Shown here: positions 47,349 through 50,012 of the stretch, in pieces
Layout: each line of letters begins with the position of its first letter
Numbering within the stretch: position 1 is the first letter of the stretch
NCBI GenBank assembly: GCA_018398765.1
Contig: JAHBMJ010000349.1
Location: 1-50,012 of the forward strand
Direction of reading: 5' to 3'
From: Chromera velia
Taxonomy: Eukaryota
DNA length: 50,012 bases
Position numbers and translations under genes: made by a program
The notes under the pieces: generated by a model
What the model was told of the DNA's origin: nothing
Seen by the model: the letters and a program-made list of their open reading frames with translations, nothing else
The model's database searches: none

Positions 47349-48960
47349 TTTGGTTTAATTTTAACCCAATTTTCTTTTTTTTTTATATATATGGGGAGCC
47401 TAGAAAAAAACACTCTGTCAGAGTCTGTCTAACACTATAAACGCTTTAGCAAACGCTATACGATCTTTAATATCCCTAAAAAAAAATGATGGCTTACTAT
47501 TGTCCTTATACACGCTAATGGCAACGGTGCATGATGATGACGAACCAATAAAAATAATGATGATGTTAGTCACTCATATACACAGGATGTATCAAATGCG
47601 TGACAGCCTTTTTTACTTGCAAAGTTTCTGTTACCTTGCTCGATCATCAGAAAACTGTCCCACCCCCACCGCTGTTGAATTGTTTCCACGCCCCCTCCAT
47701 CCGCTTAAATCTTCCGTTAAACATCTTTCAAACGACTTGATCCGTCACAAGTCACTTTTTAACCTTTTGCTACCGCCACCAATTGGTCGACAGTCGAGTG
47801 ACCAGACGCTTCCAAGTGGCACTGCAATGACTGATCAAGGACGGACTTCAATCAGAGTGCGTACCCAAAGGCCCCGATGTCCTTCACGAGAACGTTGAAC
47901 ACCACCTTTACACGTCCCCCAGACTGTACACGAATGACTGCAAAGAAAAAAGGCGATACTGAAGGAATGCGATGGGAATGAAGTGTCGCCCTGAATCAGC
48001 CAGCGTAGCAATGAAGTCTCACTTGATTGTACAGTCACATGTCAACGCAAGGCACCGAAAAATGGGCAACAGTGGACGCAAACCCCCCGTCAAGTGGACG
48101 GACCCGCACAGAAAAAAAAGAAACAGGAGCAAGTTAGAAAAAAAGGAGGCATGCTACTTGTCTTCTTGCCCTGTTTTCCTCTGTCCTACTTCACTGTCTG
48201 TTTCTCCACACCTCGCCGCCCCTCTCTTTCCTTGGAGAAAAAAAAAAAAATTCACTGTCTGTTTCTCCACACCTCGCCGCCCCTCTCTTTCCTTGGACGG
48301 CACCGTGACAACAGCGAAAGGAACAATGAATCAAATTCTCTACCCCCATCGGCATGTAGTGTCATTCCACATCAACATGACGTGCAACCCCCCCACCCCA
48401 CCCAGCCCACGAACCTTCTCTTCCCTCCGATGTCGCCGCTATCCGAGGGTCCTTGAACGACGGCCTCTGTCCCGTCAGCCAGCTGGCAAGGCCCCTCAGA
48501 CCACTCGAGGCGACGGGGCGGTAGAGACGCAAATACCGGACGTGCCTGCACAGCCACGCAATCGTTCAGTCAAATCATTCGATCAGTCGCATTTTGAAGC
48601 ATGGATGGGTAGCTTCCAGACAACCACCGAGAAGAAACGCACACATGACAAAAGACGCCAAGAGAAGCAGAAAAAAAAATCCTCGATTGAAGGACCACTC
48701 AAAAAGAAGGCGGAAGGGGGTGTGCCGCTCCGCCCCCCCGGCCATGAATTGAAACTTCGTCCTCTCTTCCCTCCTTCCTTCCTCCCCTGTTCCTCCCACT
48801 TCATTCACGCTTCAACGAAAGGAAAAGGAAAGGGTGAAGCACAAGAGGGGAAGGAGGGATTGAAGGAACGAACGAACGAAGCAAAATAGATACAGAGACA
48901 GACAGACAGACAGACGGATGGATGGACGGATAGATGAATCGACAGACAGACAAAGCACGA

Positions 48961-49267
48961 GAACAAGGCGACAAGAAAGAGCAAATGAACGAACAAGGAG
49001 ACAAGAAAGAGCAAATGAACGAACAAGGAGACAAGAAAGGGCAAATGAACGAACAACGAGACAAGAAAGAACAAATGAACGAACAAGGAGACAAGAAAGG
49101 GCAAATGAACGAACAAGGAGACAAGAAAGAACAAATGAACGAACAAGGAGACAAGAAAGGGCAAATGAACGAACAACGAGACAAGAAAGAACAAATGAAC
49201 GAACAAGGAGACAAGAAAGGGCAAATGAACGAACAACGAGGCAAGAAACAGCAAATGAACGAACAAA
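48961..49267. repeat. 30-bp minisatellite, 10 copies (GAACAAGGAGACAAGAAAGGGCAAATGAAC)
   Basis: Exact 30-bp period, with variant units recurring at 60 and 120 bp. Confidence 0.97.
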
Positions 49268-49847
49268 GAAAAGGACCGAAAGGTCGGAGGGAAGGAAGAA
49301 CCACACGACGAAGGAAAAGAAGAAAGAACAGGCACGCAGACCTTCCTGGTTGTGTTGGAACATGGACAGATGAGTACCCTCTCACGACCCGACGGTTGCA
49401 CCTGCGCAGGCACACCGTGTGCACACACATGATTCAAGATTTTTGATCTTGCGTTCAGACAGATCCCGTAGACACACGAACGACGTACACAGACAATTAA
49501 AGATGGAAATGAGTATCGTCTGATGACTCAACGGTTTCCTCAAACAGGTCTCAATACACACACGGAACACCAAATATCATGCCGCAGCTGTCTCTATTCA
49601 TGCATTTACTTTCATACAAAAAAAAAATAAATCATGTCGCAGCTGTCTCTATTCAAAGATCTTCGATAGAGCCTCTCCCTCCGTCGTCCTCTCCTCTGCA
49701 CAAGGAGAGACTTCAGGAGACATATTATATGCTTTCATGAACACAACAGACGGGGACAGACAGAGCGAAACAAAGATGAAGAAGGAAGCAGACGACGAAG
49801 ACACCCGAACGCATTTTTTTCCATCTTCTCTCCGAAAAAATCGCAAG

Positions 49848-49894
<47 letters not shown>

Positions 49895-50012
49895 ACACGC
49901 ACGCACAAACATAAAGACAAATCCTCTTTTCTGTACAGCTCTTTCCACCGATCAGACAAGTGATCGCCAAGCGCTTCGTTTTTCTTCCAACTTCTTTCCC
50001 TCATCCCCCCCC

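Noticed and set aside
47972..48889. 305-aa plus-strand ORF
   Set aside because: Crosses poly-A runs and a local duplication (48190-48237 / 48251-48297); more likely antisense to intron/exon pieces of an unresolved minus-strand gene.

Overview
Eukaryotic, intron-rich genomic window. GT-AG introns are packed with (CAGA)n/(CA)n microsatellites, donors are often GTCAGT/GTGAGT, and TGCATG(CA) motifs are abundant. This style suggests an alveolate such as a chromerid (inference, not tested). Five spliced genes were reconstructed by hand: an MFS transporter (+, 1667-6471); a divergent P5-type ATPase (-, 16425 to ~8215) with an apparent frameshift before its last hydrophobic segment; a Pro/Gln-repeat hypothetical protein (-, 26596 to ~22000); a divergently transcribed PHD-finger protein (+, 27156-29413, spanning an N gap); and a long coiled-coil protein (+, 33539 to ~39059) interrupted by one in-frame TAA. 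The rest holds minisatellites, a palindrome array, short TIR elements, tailed dispersed repeats and AT-rich decayed DNA. The most unusual signal is an MFS intron built from tandem 77-79 bp units that each run GT...AG with CAG|GT junctions. No rRNA, tRNA or CRISPR array was recognised.
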